The notes: generated by a model not told the origin, from the sequence alone. A stretch of DNA of 64,000 bases from Oligoflexia bacterium (GCA_035326705.1 DAOLES010000005.1:54444-118443), one strand, 5' to 3'. Positions 40,580 through 49,037 are shown, counted from the stretch's first letter. Numbers and translations: made by a program.

Positions 40580-40630
40580 CTGCCAAGCCAAGAACCCTGG
40601 GCGAGCATGGAAAATTCCGGATCATGGTAA
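40580..40630 (+). pseudogene. Orphan diverged copy of the gloA 3' end
   Basis: The 51 nt ending in TGGTAA match 38729-38779 at 42 of 51 positions by my count. They read [16 protein letters not shown] versus [16 protein letters not shown] in gloA. Confidence 0.7.
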
Positions 40631-40662
40631 ACGTTTGATCATCGTTTTTTACAATGGAATTT

Positions 40663-40715
40663 GGTGCCAGGCGTATTTTTGCAATATACCACATTACAAA
40701 AATACGCCTGGCACC
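40663..40715. terminator. Strong hairpin (19 bp stem), likely bidirectional terminator
   Basis: GGTGCCAGGCGTATTTTTG / CAAAAATACGCCTGGCACC are perfect arms around a 15 nt loop. It sits between the gloA fragment and the stop of the minus-strand gene at 40720. Confidence 0.7.
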
Positions 40716-40719
40716 TAGA

Positions 40720-41859
40720 CTATTTAGAATTATTTGCTAGCCAATTATCGAGTCGCTGGCTTTCACTGGTCTTAAAGGTGTAATCTTCACCTCTCAAAAA
40801 ATCCCGCAAAAAGTCTTCGTCGCAAGCTTCTAAATCTCCGGTTGAAGCTGAAAAAACGTAGGTTTGATCCTTTAACTTAGTTTCACTAATAAGTTTAGCT
40901 AGAGGTTTAGTATGTAATGATCCTGTCCAAATAAGCAAAGATTTGTTTGGGTAGTCTAGAGCCAACTTTTGTATGTTTGAAAAAATAAAATGTTCCCTCA
41001 TCTCGAACTCCACTTTAATTGTCTCGTCGGATTTGCTACTCTTTTCATTGAACAAATTAACTGGATCCAAAAATTCTAACGTTGATGTAAAATTAAGCGC
41101 TTTTAAAGCCGGAATATTGTTACTCTCTAAGTTATACTTAGCCTCAGAAGCATTTTTAATGTGAGTTGTATAAAAAGAAGTTACCACCTTTTCATTCAAT
41201 GTTTTTAGTTCCTCGAAATAAGTAAGTGCATAGGCTTTAAATTCGTTTGCATCTGTGAGTTCATATATTTTTTCAATGAACTCCATATCCTCTGATCGCG
41301 GACTTTGTGGGCTACTTTTTAATCGCTCTATGAGGTCCGAAGAAATAACTCTAAATTCATCTGTTGAGTCATTATTTAAAATTTTTTCTACAATATTGAC
41401 GATTTCGGGATGGTTTGGACTTTTTGTAAGAAATGTTGATGCAAAGTCCCAAATACGAAATAAATCAATTCGGCTATAGAACGGGCTCGAAATTTGTTCT
41501 AAACCTAGATCAAGCTGGATTGACATATGCTTTAAATATAGAAGGTATTCAATTAAAATATGATCTTCGATATGACGAAGTGTTTCTGTTTCAGCCGAAA
41601 GGACTACGCCTTCAAACCCCAAAATAATTTCCGAATCCTTTTCATTCTTTGAGCTTGAGGAGTTATAGAAACTTTTTAGTTTATGATGCAGGTCTGGACA
41701 GCCTGCGGCAGAATGAATGCCCAAGCTTTGGTTTGTATGGCTGGTACCCCAAAGTACTATTTTTCTTTCAATTGTCTGAGCTTTGGTTTGGCTAAAAGGT
41801 TGCTCACATAACACAGCAATAAAAATATTACATAATACTATTAGCTTAAGTTGTTTCAT
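40720..41859 (-). CDS. Secreted protein, possibly Tiki/TraB/ChaN-like superfamily
   Basis: Signal peptide present. Spaced motifs LWGTSHT, EMREHFIFSN and WTGSLHT resemble the GxxH / RExxM / GxxH pattern of that superfamily. Confidence 0.35.
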   Translation of the reverse strand: MKQLKLIVLCNIFIAVLCEQPFSQTKAQTIERKIVLWGTSHTNQSLGIHSAAGCPDLHHKLKSFYNSSSSKNEKDSEIILGFEGVVLSAETETLRHIEDHILIEYLLYLKHMSIQLDLGLEQISSPFYSRIDLFRIWDFASTFLTKSPNHPEIVNIVEKILNNDSTDEFRVISSDLIERLKSSPQSPRSEDMEFIEKIYELTDANEFKAYALTYFEELKTLNEKVVTSFYTTHIKNASEAKYNLESNNIPALKALNFTSTLEFLDPVNLFNEKSSKSDETIKVEFEMREHFIFSNIQKLALDYPNKSLLIWTGSLHTKPLAKLISETKLKDQTYVFSASTGDLEACDEDFLRDFLRGEDYTFKTSESQRLDNWLANNSK

Positions 41860-41987
41860 TTTTCCCTTATTGTGATAATTTTATGCATGGGCTATCATGA
41901 ACACCATGGTGTGTCAACCACCTACTCAGGATATTTTGACGCACTATTAGCACTACTTAAGACTTTAAAACTCCACTCCTATGTTTC

Positions 41988-42084
41988 TTAATCATGGGAC
42001 ACACTATGTATTCTTATAAGAACTATTTACTTAAACCAGGAATACACCCTATACTCCCCAAAATAACCGAGTACTTTTTTCACA
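41988..42084 (+). repeat. Boundary repeat, copy B (degenerate; overlaps the 3' end of the ATPase gene)
   Basis: It matches copy A at both ends (see 40437-40577). Only the left arm of the inverted repeat is preserved. Confidence 0.55.
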
Positions 42085-43487
42085 AGAATTTTTTCATCTT
42101 CAGGAATTTCTTCCTTTTTAAAATCTCCATCAAATAGGAAAATACTATTTCTCACTTTTCCGCTAGACATCATTGCTGCAAAAGAAACCATACTAGATGT
42201 GCCGCCTGGATATATTTCAATAGATATCCTATCTCTCTTACTATCATTTAGTAACTTTTTTTGAACATAAGTTACTATATATTTTGATAAACTATCCTCC
42301 ACATATATGTACAGTTTTTCTTTATCTTGATAAGTGTACCCTAAATGAAAAGAGCTTTCAGACGCAACCGCAGAGTTAATAATTTGAATTTTATTATCTA
42401 AACCTGGGTTAGATATCAACAGCTTAATTGCACAGTCAGGAAGACCTGTTGCAAAATATGGTGAGTGGGTTGATAATATTACCTGTAATTTTTTTTCTGT
42501 AATTTTTTTTAAAATATATTTTTGCAATTTTATTTGTGCACCAATATGTAACGATGTTTCTGGTTCATCTAATAAAATCAAAGCTCTATTTTTTGCATTT
42601 TCGATTGCGTAAATTAACCGAATAACGCTTGCCTCACCACTACCTGCAAATGCCTCTGAATATTTTTCATCATTTAAATCTTTGTTGATATAAATTGAAA
42701 AACCACCCAAATTATAAAAATCATGTTCTATATAAGTTATATCGGAATATTTAATATCGAGGATATCAGAAGCCACCTGCAACTCTTCTATAGAAAAATT
42801 ATAATGTTCAGAAATTTTTTCTTTTCCATAGTAAGTTTTACTTTTAAGCTTCTTATCTAAAGCATTTTTTAATAACTTTGAACGTTTAAACAAATACCTT
42901 CTTTGCTTAGGGCGACTCCCACCTCCTTTTGAATCGAAATAAAATGCTCTGTCAAATGCACTAATTTCGGATCTAAAGTCTAAATATATTACTTTCTTTT
43001 TTATCGCATTCCACCTAGTTTTTGATCTTCCAGGGGGAATCGGATCACCTTCTTTTATTTCTTGTATAGGTTTCATACCGAAGTCAACCAATGGTCTAGT
43101 TGGCTCCCAATAACTGGAATCGATTAATTTATATTTTGGAGATTGTTTTTTTATCCTTGACTTTGCCACTTCCACTTCTTGACCAGCTTCATCACTAATA
43201 TATTTATACCAATATACAGATCTTTGTTTGATTAAATCTACATAAGACTCAAACCAATACTCTCCAGTTGAGTTACCCTCTGGACAACCATATAACGCGT
43301 GAAGAATTGAACTTTTATTTGTTCCATTTTTGCCAATTAATAAAGTTAAAGGAAATTCAAATATTAATTCCGATTCAGGAACTAAGTTTTTATAAGAACA
43401 AAATTTAATAAATGAAATATAGGGATTATACTCTTTGCCTTTTTGGAACCTATTTTTTATTTCTTCAATTTCATCAAAAGAATTCAT
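42027..43487 (-). CDS. ABC-type (AAA_15/21-like) ATPase with short C-terminal TOPRIM/DUF4435-like region (OLD / PARIS-like)
   Basis: Walker A LIGKNGTNKSSIL, signature-like AGSGEASVI, Walker B ALILLDEPETSLH and H-loop STHSP. These are followed by LYIYVEDSLSK and IFLFDGDF, which resemble the TOPRIM Glu and DxD. The last ~20 codons run into repeat copy B. Confidence 0.6.
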   Translation of the reverse strand: MNSFDEIEEIKNRFQKGKEYNPYISFIKFCSYKNLVPESELIFEFPLTLLIGKNGTNKSSILHALYGCPEGNSTGEYWFESYVDLIKQRSVYWYKYISDEAGQEVEVAKSRIKKQSPKYKLIDSSYWEPTRPLVDFGMKPIQEIKEGDPIPPGRSKTRWNAIKKKVIYLDFRSEISAFDRAFYFDSKGGGSRPKQRRYLFKRSKLLKNALDKKLKSKTYYGKEKISEHYNFSIEELQVASDILDIKYSDITYIEHDFYNLGGFSIYINKDLNDEKYSEAFAGSGEASVIRLIYAIENAKNRALILLDEPETSLHIGAQIKLQKYILKKITEKKLQVILSTHSPYFATGLPDCAIKLLISNPGLDNKIQIINSAVASESSFHLGYTYQDKEKLYIYVEDSLSKYIVTYVQKKLLNDSKRDRISIEIYPGGTSSMVSFAAMMSSGKVRNSIFLFDGDFKKEEIPEDEKILVKKVLGYFGEYRVYSWFK

Positions 43488-43496
43488 AAAAACCTA

Positions 43497-44516
43497 TTAA
43501 ATAATAAAACATTCTGAAATTCTTTCCGCCATCCTAGGAGGCACTGCATTTCCAACTTGCCTAGCACACGATGTAATACTTCCAGAAAAAATAAAATTAT
43601 CAGGAAAAGTTTGTAGCCTCGCAGCTTCGCGGACACTAATAGCCCTGTTTTGTTCTGGATGTCCAAATCGTCCATTAGAGTAGCTCGTACACTTAGTTGT
43701 TAAAGTAGCTGCTAATGCATCCCATTTCATTCTTCCATATACATCTGTATGACCAGAGTAATTTTTATGACAACCATTTTTTAAATGCTCTGGCCAATCT
43801 CTTCTATCTCCACCTTCTGGAGTTAATATAATTCTTTGAATATTTTCTTTTGATAATTTAGAAGATACATGATTTGGTATTTGTTCATGTGTTTCTCCCG
43901 CTTCAATTGGAGGCAAATCTTGAATGAACTCGCGTGTAGTATATTGCCTATGTTTATAATGATTCACTATTGTTTGAAGCGATCTGAGCCTATAAGGTTT
44001 TAAACACCCAATAAGAATAAATCTCTTTCTTTTTTGAGGAACACCTAACTCTGATGCATAAATATTACCTATTTCAAATTTATATCCAAGTTCTTCTAAC
44101 TGAAAAGTAAATTTTTTAAATATACCATTTGACCTACTTATATTCTGTATCCCTGGAACGTTTTCAAGAAAAATATACTCCGGCTTCCAAAAAGAAATAA
44201 ATCTCAGGAACTCCAGTAGAAGTGACTTTCTACTATCATTTTTTTGAGTATGTTTTTTTTGATTACTGAAAGGTTGGCAAGGCGCACAACCGCTAAAAAG
44301 CAGTGGCCCCGTTGACCTCTCAATAATAATTTTAAGCTCTTCTTCTTTAAAATTTCTAATATTTTCTTGAATAAATATAGCTTTGGGAAAATTATTTTTA
44401 TATGTTTGAGCTGAATCTCTATCAAAATCAAGAGCACCAATTATTTTAAAGCCGACATTTTCAAAGCCTAAACTTGTTCCCCCGCATCCACTAAAAAAAT
44501 CAACTACGTTCAACAT
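43497..44516 (-). CDS. dcm: DNA (cytosine-5)-methyltransferase
   Basis: Motif I VVDFFSGCGGTSLGF, motif IV GCAPCQPFS, motif VI ENV, motif VIII QKRKRFILIG, then RLQTFPDNF and GNAVPP. The start is placed at MLNVVDFF. The stop lies 9 nt before the ATPase start. Confidence 0.9.
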   Translation of the reverse strand: MLNVVDFFSGCGGTSLGFENVGFKIIGALDFDRDSAQTYKNNFPKAIFIQENIRNFKEEELKIIIERSTGPLLFSGCAPCQPFSNQKKHTQKNDSRKSLLLEFLRFISFWKPEYIFLENVPGIQNISRSNGIFKKFTFQLEELGYKFEIGNIYASELGVPQKRKRFILIGCLKPYRLRSLQTIVNHYKHRQYTTREFIQDLPPIEAGETHEQIPNHVSSKLSKENIQRIILTPEGGDRRDWPEHLKNGCHKNYSGHTDVYGRMKWDALAATLTTKCTSYSNGRFGHPEQNRAISVREAARLQTFPDNFIFSGSITSCARQVGNAVPPRMAERISECFII

Positions 44517-44620
44517 ATATTTAATAAATAATAGCCCATACCACATTTTATGTAAACGTTAGTTTTCCATCAACAGATCCTTTTTTGTTGCCGACCGCAA
44601 AGGGTGAAAAAATAAAAATT

Positions 44621-44640
44621 CTGGGGACAGTCGACTAAAC
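44621..44640 (-). repeat. Boundary repeat, copy D (inverted partial copy)
   Basis: The reverse complement GTTTAGTCGACTGTCCCCAG matches GTTCAGTCAACTGTCCCTGT at 38277-38296 at 16 of 20 positions. Confidence 0.4.
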
Positions 44641-44657
44641 TACTACTGCTGCTATAC

Positions 44658-44689
44658 TTGTTAGCGGGAGCTGGATTTGGCCGATGCCT
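44658..44689 (-). repeat. Degenerate remnant of the tRNA-fMet 3' end (fossil att site)
   Basis: TTGTTAGCGGGAGCTGGATTTGGCCGATGCCT versus TGGTAGCGGGAGCCGGATTTGAACCGACGACCT in the tRNA. Several substitutions and small indels. Confidence 0.5.
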
Positions 44690-45027
44690 TTGGCATCGGC
44701 ATAAGTTACACTAGATCTTTGCTGCGCCTACGGCTTGCTCATCACAAGTGTAGCTTTAAACCAACGAAAGGCTTATTTTAATAACTAAAAACTTTTCTGA
44801 AATTTTGGTTTTGGTAGTTAGTAGTAGCTAAATTTGAACCCAGTCAAAACCGGGTGAATGGTTTGGGCTTGGCCCAAACCCAGCCCGCACATGCACATTC
44901 ATCCAGTTGGAAGCCCATGCATAAAGACCTTCGGCCATGTTGCCGTTAGGCAATATAAAAAAACAGAGAGCCCGAAGGGCGAATAACCGTAATTTGCATG
45001 ATTGATTTTATGGAAAATGATCGGAAT

Positions 45028-45072
45028 TGGTAGCGGGAGCCGGATTTGAACCGACGACCTTCGGGTTATGAG
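45028..45072 (-). repeat. attL-type direct repeat: exact copy of the 3' 45 nt of tRNA-fMet
   Basis: 45028-45072 is identical to 54328-54372 (TGGTAGCGGGAGCCGGATTTGAACCGACGACCTTCGGGTTATGAG). Identity stops in the anticodon loop. Confidence 0.9.
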
Positions 45073-45167
45073 TACGTTTCTCTAATCTTGCCATACTCTA
45101 TGTACTTGAATAGATTATACTTTTCATCTTGTCAAGCTGACCATTCTTGTATAATTTGACTCATGAG

Positions 45168-45186
45168 TGACGCGATAATGACGCAA
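45168..45186 (+). promoter_or_regulatory. Candidate integrase/Xis arm-type site (left)
   Basis: TGACGCGATAATGACGCAA matches TGACGCAATACTGACGCAA at 54241-54259 at 17 of 19 positions. TGACGC is repeated at 11 bp spacing. Confidence 0.4.
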
Positions 45187-45244
45187 AAAATGAACTGAAA
45201 AACATGAAAAGTAAACCCAATTAATAAGACATAAGTTGATAGAG

Positions 45245-48001
45245 ATGAGTATTTTAAGCTGGAACCAAATCAGAGCCAACGCTGCACAATTTTCAGATTC
45301 TTGGAAAGACGCGCACTATGAAAAAGGTGACACACAAACCTTTTATAATGAGTTTTTTGAGGTGTTCGGGCACCGCCGACGCAATGTTGCCTTATATGAA
45401 AAAAAAGTTGATATGGTGGGACGCTCTCATGGTTTCATTGATCTTTTTTGGCCAGGCATGCTGATTGTTGAGCAAAAATCCGCGGGTCGTAATTTAGACT
45501 CCGCTAGCACTCAAGTGGATGACTATATTCTTGCATTAAGTGAACGTGAAAGACCTCGATACCGCCTTATCAGTGATTTCCAAAACTTTGTTTTTACTGA
45601 CCTAGCGACGCGACAAATTTACACTTTCAAATTGGATGAACTTAAAAATAACATTAAACTTTTTGATTTTATTGCAGGTAGAAGGCAGCAAATTTACAAA
45701 GATCAAGATCCAGTAAACATTGATGCCTCTGATAAAATGAGCTCTCTACATAAAGTTTTAGAGGACTCTGGTTATGGTGGCACCGACCTTGAGCGATTGC
45801 TTGTTCGCATCATGTTTTGTTTATTTGCAGACGACACTGGCATATTTGAGCAAGACTCGTTGCTAAACTATATTCGTGACCGTACCCATACTGATGGCAG
45901 TGATCTTGGCAGCAAACTAATTGAACTATTTCAAGTTTTGGATACTCCAAAAGAAAAGCGTCAAAAAATGCTAGATGAAGACTTAGCTAGCTTTCCATAC
46001 GTAAACGGAAAACTATTTAATGGCTCTATCCGTACACCTTCATTTAACAACTCCATGCGAGATGTTCTATTAGACTGCTGTTACTTTAACTGGACAGAGG
46101 TTTCACCGGCATTATTTGGATCTTTATTTCAAACTGTCATCCTACCTGAAAAACAACGCCAAAGCGGCGCACATTATACAAGCGAGAAAAACATACTAAA
46201 AACCATTCAACCTTTATTTATGGAAGAACTGCAAGAGGAATTTAGTAGGTTAAAAAACCTAGGAGGGACACAACGTAGAAGTAAAATAGAACAATTTCAC
46301 ATCTCTTTAAGTAAATTGACGTTTTTAGACCCTGCGTGCGGATGTGGGAATTTTTTGATCTTAGCTTATCGCGAGTTACGTTTATTAGAGCTAGACATAT
46401 TAGACGAGCTATATCCGAGAGACAATAATGGCGATAGGCAAAATTTTTTAGATGTAGATCATTTATCTTTAATTAATGTAGATCAGTTTTATGGCATCGA
46501 AATAAGTGAATTTCCTGTTTATATTGCCCAAACTGCGATGTGGTTAATTGATCACCAAATGAATATGAAACTAGGTGACATGTTTGGGCAAGCCTTTGCC
46601 CGTTTACCACTGCAAAAAACTGCAAACATTTATCACGGCAATGCCCTCACAGTAGATTGGAATGAAGTAATTCCGGCATCAAAATGCTCTTACATTTTTG
46701 GTAATCCACCGTTTATTGGAAAAGCATATCGCAATAATGAACAACAAAGTGAGATGAAAAAAATTTTCAAAAGCACAAAAGGAACATTAGATTTAGATTA
46801 CGTAGTATGTTGGTTTTATATTGCAGCACATTATATTCAAAAAAAAAGTTGTCAAGTTGCTTTTGTTTCTACAAATTCAATTTGTCAAGGTGAGCAAGTA
46901 CCAATCTTTTGGGCTTTAATGATGGAAGAACTCAATATACACATTAATTTTGCTCATCGAACCTTTAAATGGATAATTGATGCTCAAAAAGCAAAAGGTA
47001 TGAATGTTGCTTCTGTTTATGTAGTTATTGTTGGATTTTCAACTATAAATAAAAGTAGAAAGAAAATTTTTGATTATGAAACAATTTCTTCTGACCCCCA
47101 CGAACTAAATGTAAAGAAAATTAACCCCTATTTATTAAATGCTGATACCTTTTTTATAAAAAACAGAAAAAACCATTTCCAAAAAAATTGCGTACCGCAG
47201 TTATCATTTGGGAGTATGCCTAATGATGGAGGTTTTTTAATTTTAAACGATAATGAAGCGCGTAGTTTTATACAAAAAGAACCTAAATCTAAAAACTTCA
47301 TTAAACCTTTTCTTGGTTCTAGAGAGTTTATTAATAATCTTCCCAGGTATTGTTTATGGTTAAAAAACTGTAGCCCATCAAACCTTAAGTCAATGCCTAT
47401 AGTAATTGAGAGAGTTGAGGCAGTACGTAAACAAAGATTAAAAAGCACTCGACCACCAACAAATAAATTAGCTCAATTCCCATGGTTATTTGGCGAGATA
47501 AGACAGCCAAATCAACGTTACATCGCTATTCCAGAAGTCTCATCTCAAAGCAGGGACTATATTCCAATTGGTTTTTTGGATAAAGACACTATAGCAAGTA
47601 ATAAACTTTATACTATCTCTAACGGCAACTTATATCATTTCGGGATAGTCACATCTAAAATGCATATGATTTGGATGAAAACTGTTGGCGGCCGATTAAA
47701 AAACGATTATCAGTATTCTAATGGTATTGTGTACAATAATTTTTCTTGGCCAGAAGCGACCGACATGCAAAAAGAGGCCATTGCTAAAAAAGCTCAAGCT
47801 ATCTTAGATGCTAGAAGCAATCACAAAGAGTCATCACTGGCTGATTTATATAATCCAAATCTCATGCCTGTTGACTTGAGAAAAGCTCACAATGCCTTAG
47901 ATAAAGAAGTGGACAAAACTTATCGCAAAGAACCATTTAACAGTGAACTTGAGCGCATACAGTTTCTATTTGAGCGTTATCAAAAACTGACTCAACTTTA
48001 A
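45245..48001 (+). CDS. MmeI-family Type IIL (IIG) restriction endonuclease / N6-adenine methyltransferase fusion
   Basis: N-terminal LSWNQIR...FYNEFFEVFG...FIDLFWPGMLIVEQKS (PD-ExK nuclease as in MmeI). Methylase motif I LDPACGCGNFL and motif IV GNPPFIG are present. The 918 aa size is close to my recollection of about 919 aa for MmeI. Confidence 0.8.
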   Translation: MSILSWNQIRANAAQFSDSWKDAHYEKGDTQTFYNEFFEVFGHRRRNVALYEKKVDMVGRSHGFIDLFWPGMLIVEQKSAGRNLDSASTQVDDYILALSERERPRYRLISDFQNFVFTDLATRQIYTFKLDELKNNIKLFDFIAGRRQQIYKDQDPVNIDASDKMSSLHKVLEDSGYGGTDLERLLVRIMFCLFADDTGIFEQDSLLNYIRDRTHTDGSDLGSKLIELFQVLDTPKEKRQKMLDEDLASFPYVNGKLFNGSIRTPSFNNSMRDVLLDCCYFNWTEVSPALFGSLFQTVILPEKQRQSGAHYTSEKNILKTIQPLFMEELQEEFSRLKNLGGTQRRSKIEQFHISLSKLTFLDPACGCGNFLILAYRELRLLELDILDELYPRDNNGDRQNFLDVDHLSLINVDQFYGIEISEFPVYIAQTAMWLIDHQMNMKLGDMFGQAFARLPLQKTANIYHGNALTVDWNEVIPASKCSYIFGNPPFIGKAYRNNEQQSEMKKIFKSTKGTLDLDYVVCWFYIAAHYIQKKSCQVAFVSTNSICQGEQVPIFWALMMEELNIHINFAHRTFKWIIDAQKAKGMNVASVYVVIVGFSTINKSRKKIFDYETISSDPHELNVKKINPYLLNADTFFIKNRKNHFQKNCVPQLSFGSMPNDGGFLILNDNEARSFIQKEPKSKNFIKPFLGSREFINNLPRYCLWLKNCSPSNLKSMPIVIERVEAVRKQRLKSTRPPTNKLAQFPWLFGEIRQPNQRYIAIPEVSSQSRDYIPIGFLDKDTIASNKLYTISNGNLYHFGIVTSKMHMIWMKTVGGRLKNDYQYSNGIVYNNFSWPEATDMQKEAIAKKAQAILDARSNHKESSLADLYNPNLMPVDLRKAHNALDKEVDKTYRKEPFNSELERIQFLFERYQKLTQL

Positions 48002-48182
48002 CTATTGAATAACTTAAAGCACATTGTATATTTATAGCCCTACCCTGAAAATAAACTCTAAGAAATTATATAGAGCGTACTTATTGTGAAATAGATAATA
48101 ACTTGATTTTTCAATCACCAAAGAAAAGACACTCTGCATTATAACGCTTGATTAACCTTATTGTGTTTGATAACAGACTATA

Positions 48183-48992
48183 ATGTCATTAAGTAATGAA
48201 AGCACAATAATTCGTAAACTCACCGTTGATTACCATATAGTTTCTAAATACCACGCTTCTTGCCACGGAATTATTGGACCATTAAATACCCATCAAATTA
48301 AACTCATTTCAGAAGCGAGAAAAACACTAACTGATAGGAAAAAGATTATATTCAACGATGATAGTATAAGATCGACGTGCTTTGAAGGTTACAGTGAGCA
48401 AAAGTATCTGTTTTTACTTTGCCCTGGTGTACAGACTTTTGTTGATCGAACAGACCTTAACAGTTATTCAATTTTTAAACTTATAATTCAGTTTTGCTCT
48501 ACAAAAGCAGATTTAAACTTCCGATCTAGAGTAAAACCAAAAACTTTAGACCATTTGGATCGATTTGAAGCCGATCTCAAAGAGTTAGAAGAGTATCATT
48601 ATAACATTAAAAATAAGATGGAGGTGATTAATCAACTAAAAAACACTCTTCATGGCATTAATAATAATTTAAAAACTCGTGGAAGAGGTCCAAATTGGGG
48701 AGAGGAAAAGTGGCTATTTCAAGAACTATCTGCGATACCTCTCCTATATAAAAATAATAAATCTAAACTAAAAACTAAAGAAATTGCTTTGATAATGGTT
48801 GCATATGGTCTTTGGCTTCCTTCAAGTGAAAACTACTCTTTAAAAGACATTATAGAAAGCCAAAAAGACAACATTTATAATGCAACCAAAAGAAGATCAA
48901 AAGCAATAGCTTCAGTAGTCAATGAATCTATCCATCCATACATTTGGGAAGCACATAAAATTTATCGTACTCAAATAACTAAAAACTCTTAG
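48183..48992 (+). CDS. Hypothetical protein (island cargo)
   Basis: 269 aa ORF downstream of the Type IIL gene. No recognisable motif. Confidence 0.4.
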   Translation: MSLSNESTIIRKLTVDYHIVSKYHASCHGIIGPLNTHQIKLISEARKTLTDRKKIIFNDDSIRSTCFEGYSEQKYLFLLCPGVQTFVDRTDLNSYSIFKLIIQFCSTKADLNFRSRVKPKTLDHLDRFEADLKELEEYHYNIKNKMEVINQLKNTLHGINNNLKTRGRGPNWGEEKWLFQELSAIPLLYKNNKSKLKTKEIALIMVAYGLWLPSSENYSLKDIIESQKDNIYNATKRRSKAIASVVNESIHPYIWEAHKIYRTQITKNS

Positions 48993-49037
48993 TTCAAGTC
49001 CATTTTAATCGCACTATAAGATTGATAACACATAATC

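Noticed and set aside
42027-43487. Gabija GajA or two-gene PARIS as the identity of the ATPase
   Set aside because: There is no UvrD-like GajB and no separate DUF4435 gene adjacent. The only operon partner is a Dcm methyltransferase, so it is kept as an unclassified OLD/PARIS-like ATPase.
44600-45027. Possible tmRNA or other tRNA-like structured RNA, because of GGGGACAGTCGAC and tRNA-like ends
   Set aside because: There is no tRNA-like acceptor/T-arm pairing with a CCA end in a consistent orientation and no tag-peptide reading frame. The tRNA-like pieces are better explained as degenerate att remnants.
45245-48001. BREX PglX methyltransferase as an alternative identity for the 918 aa protein
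   Set aside because: No PglZ, BrxC, BrxA, BrxB or BrxL genes are nearby. The size and the N-terminal D...EQK nuclease motif fit MmeI-type Type IIL enzymes better.
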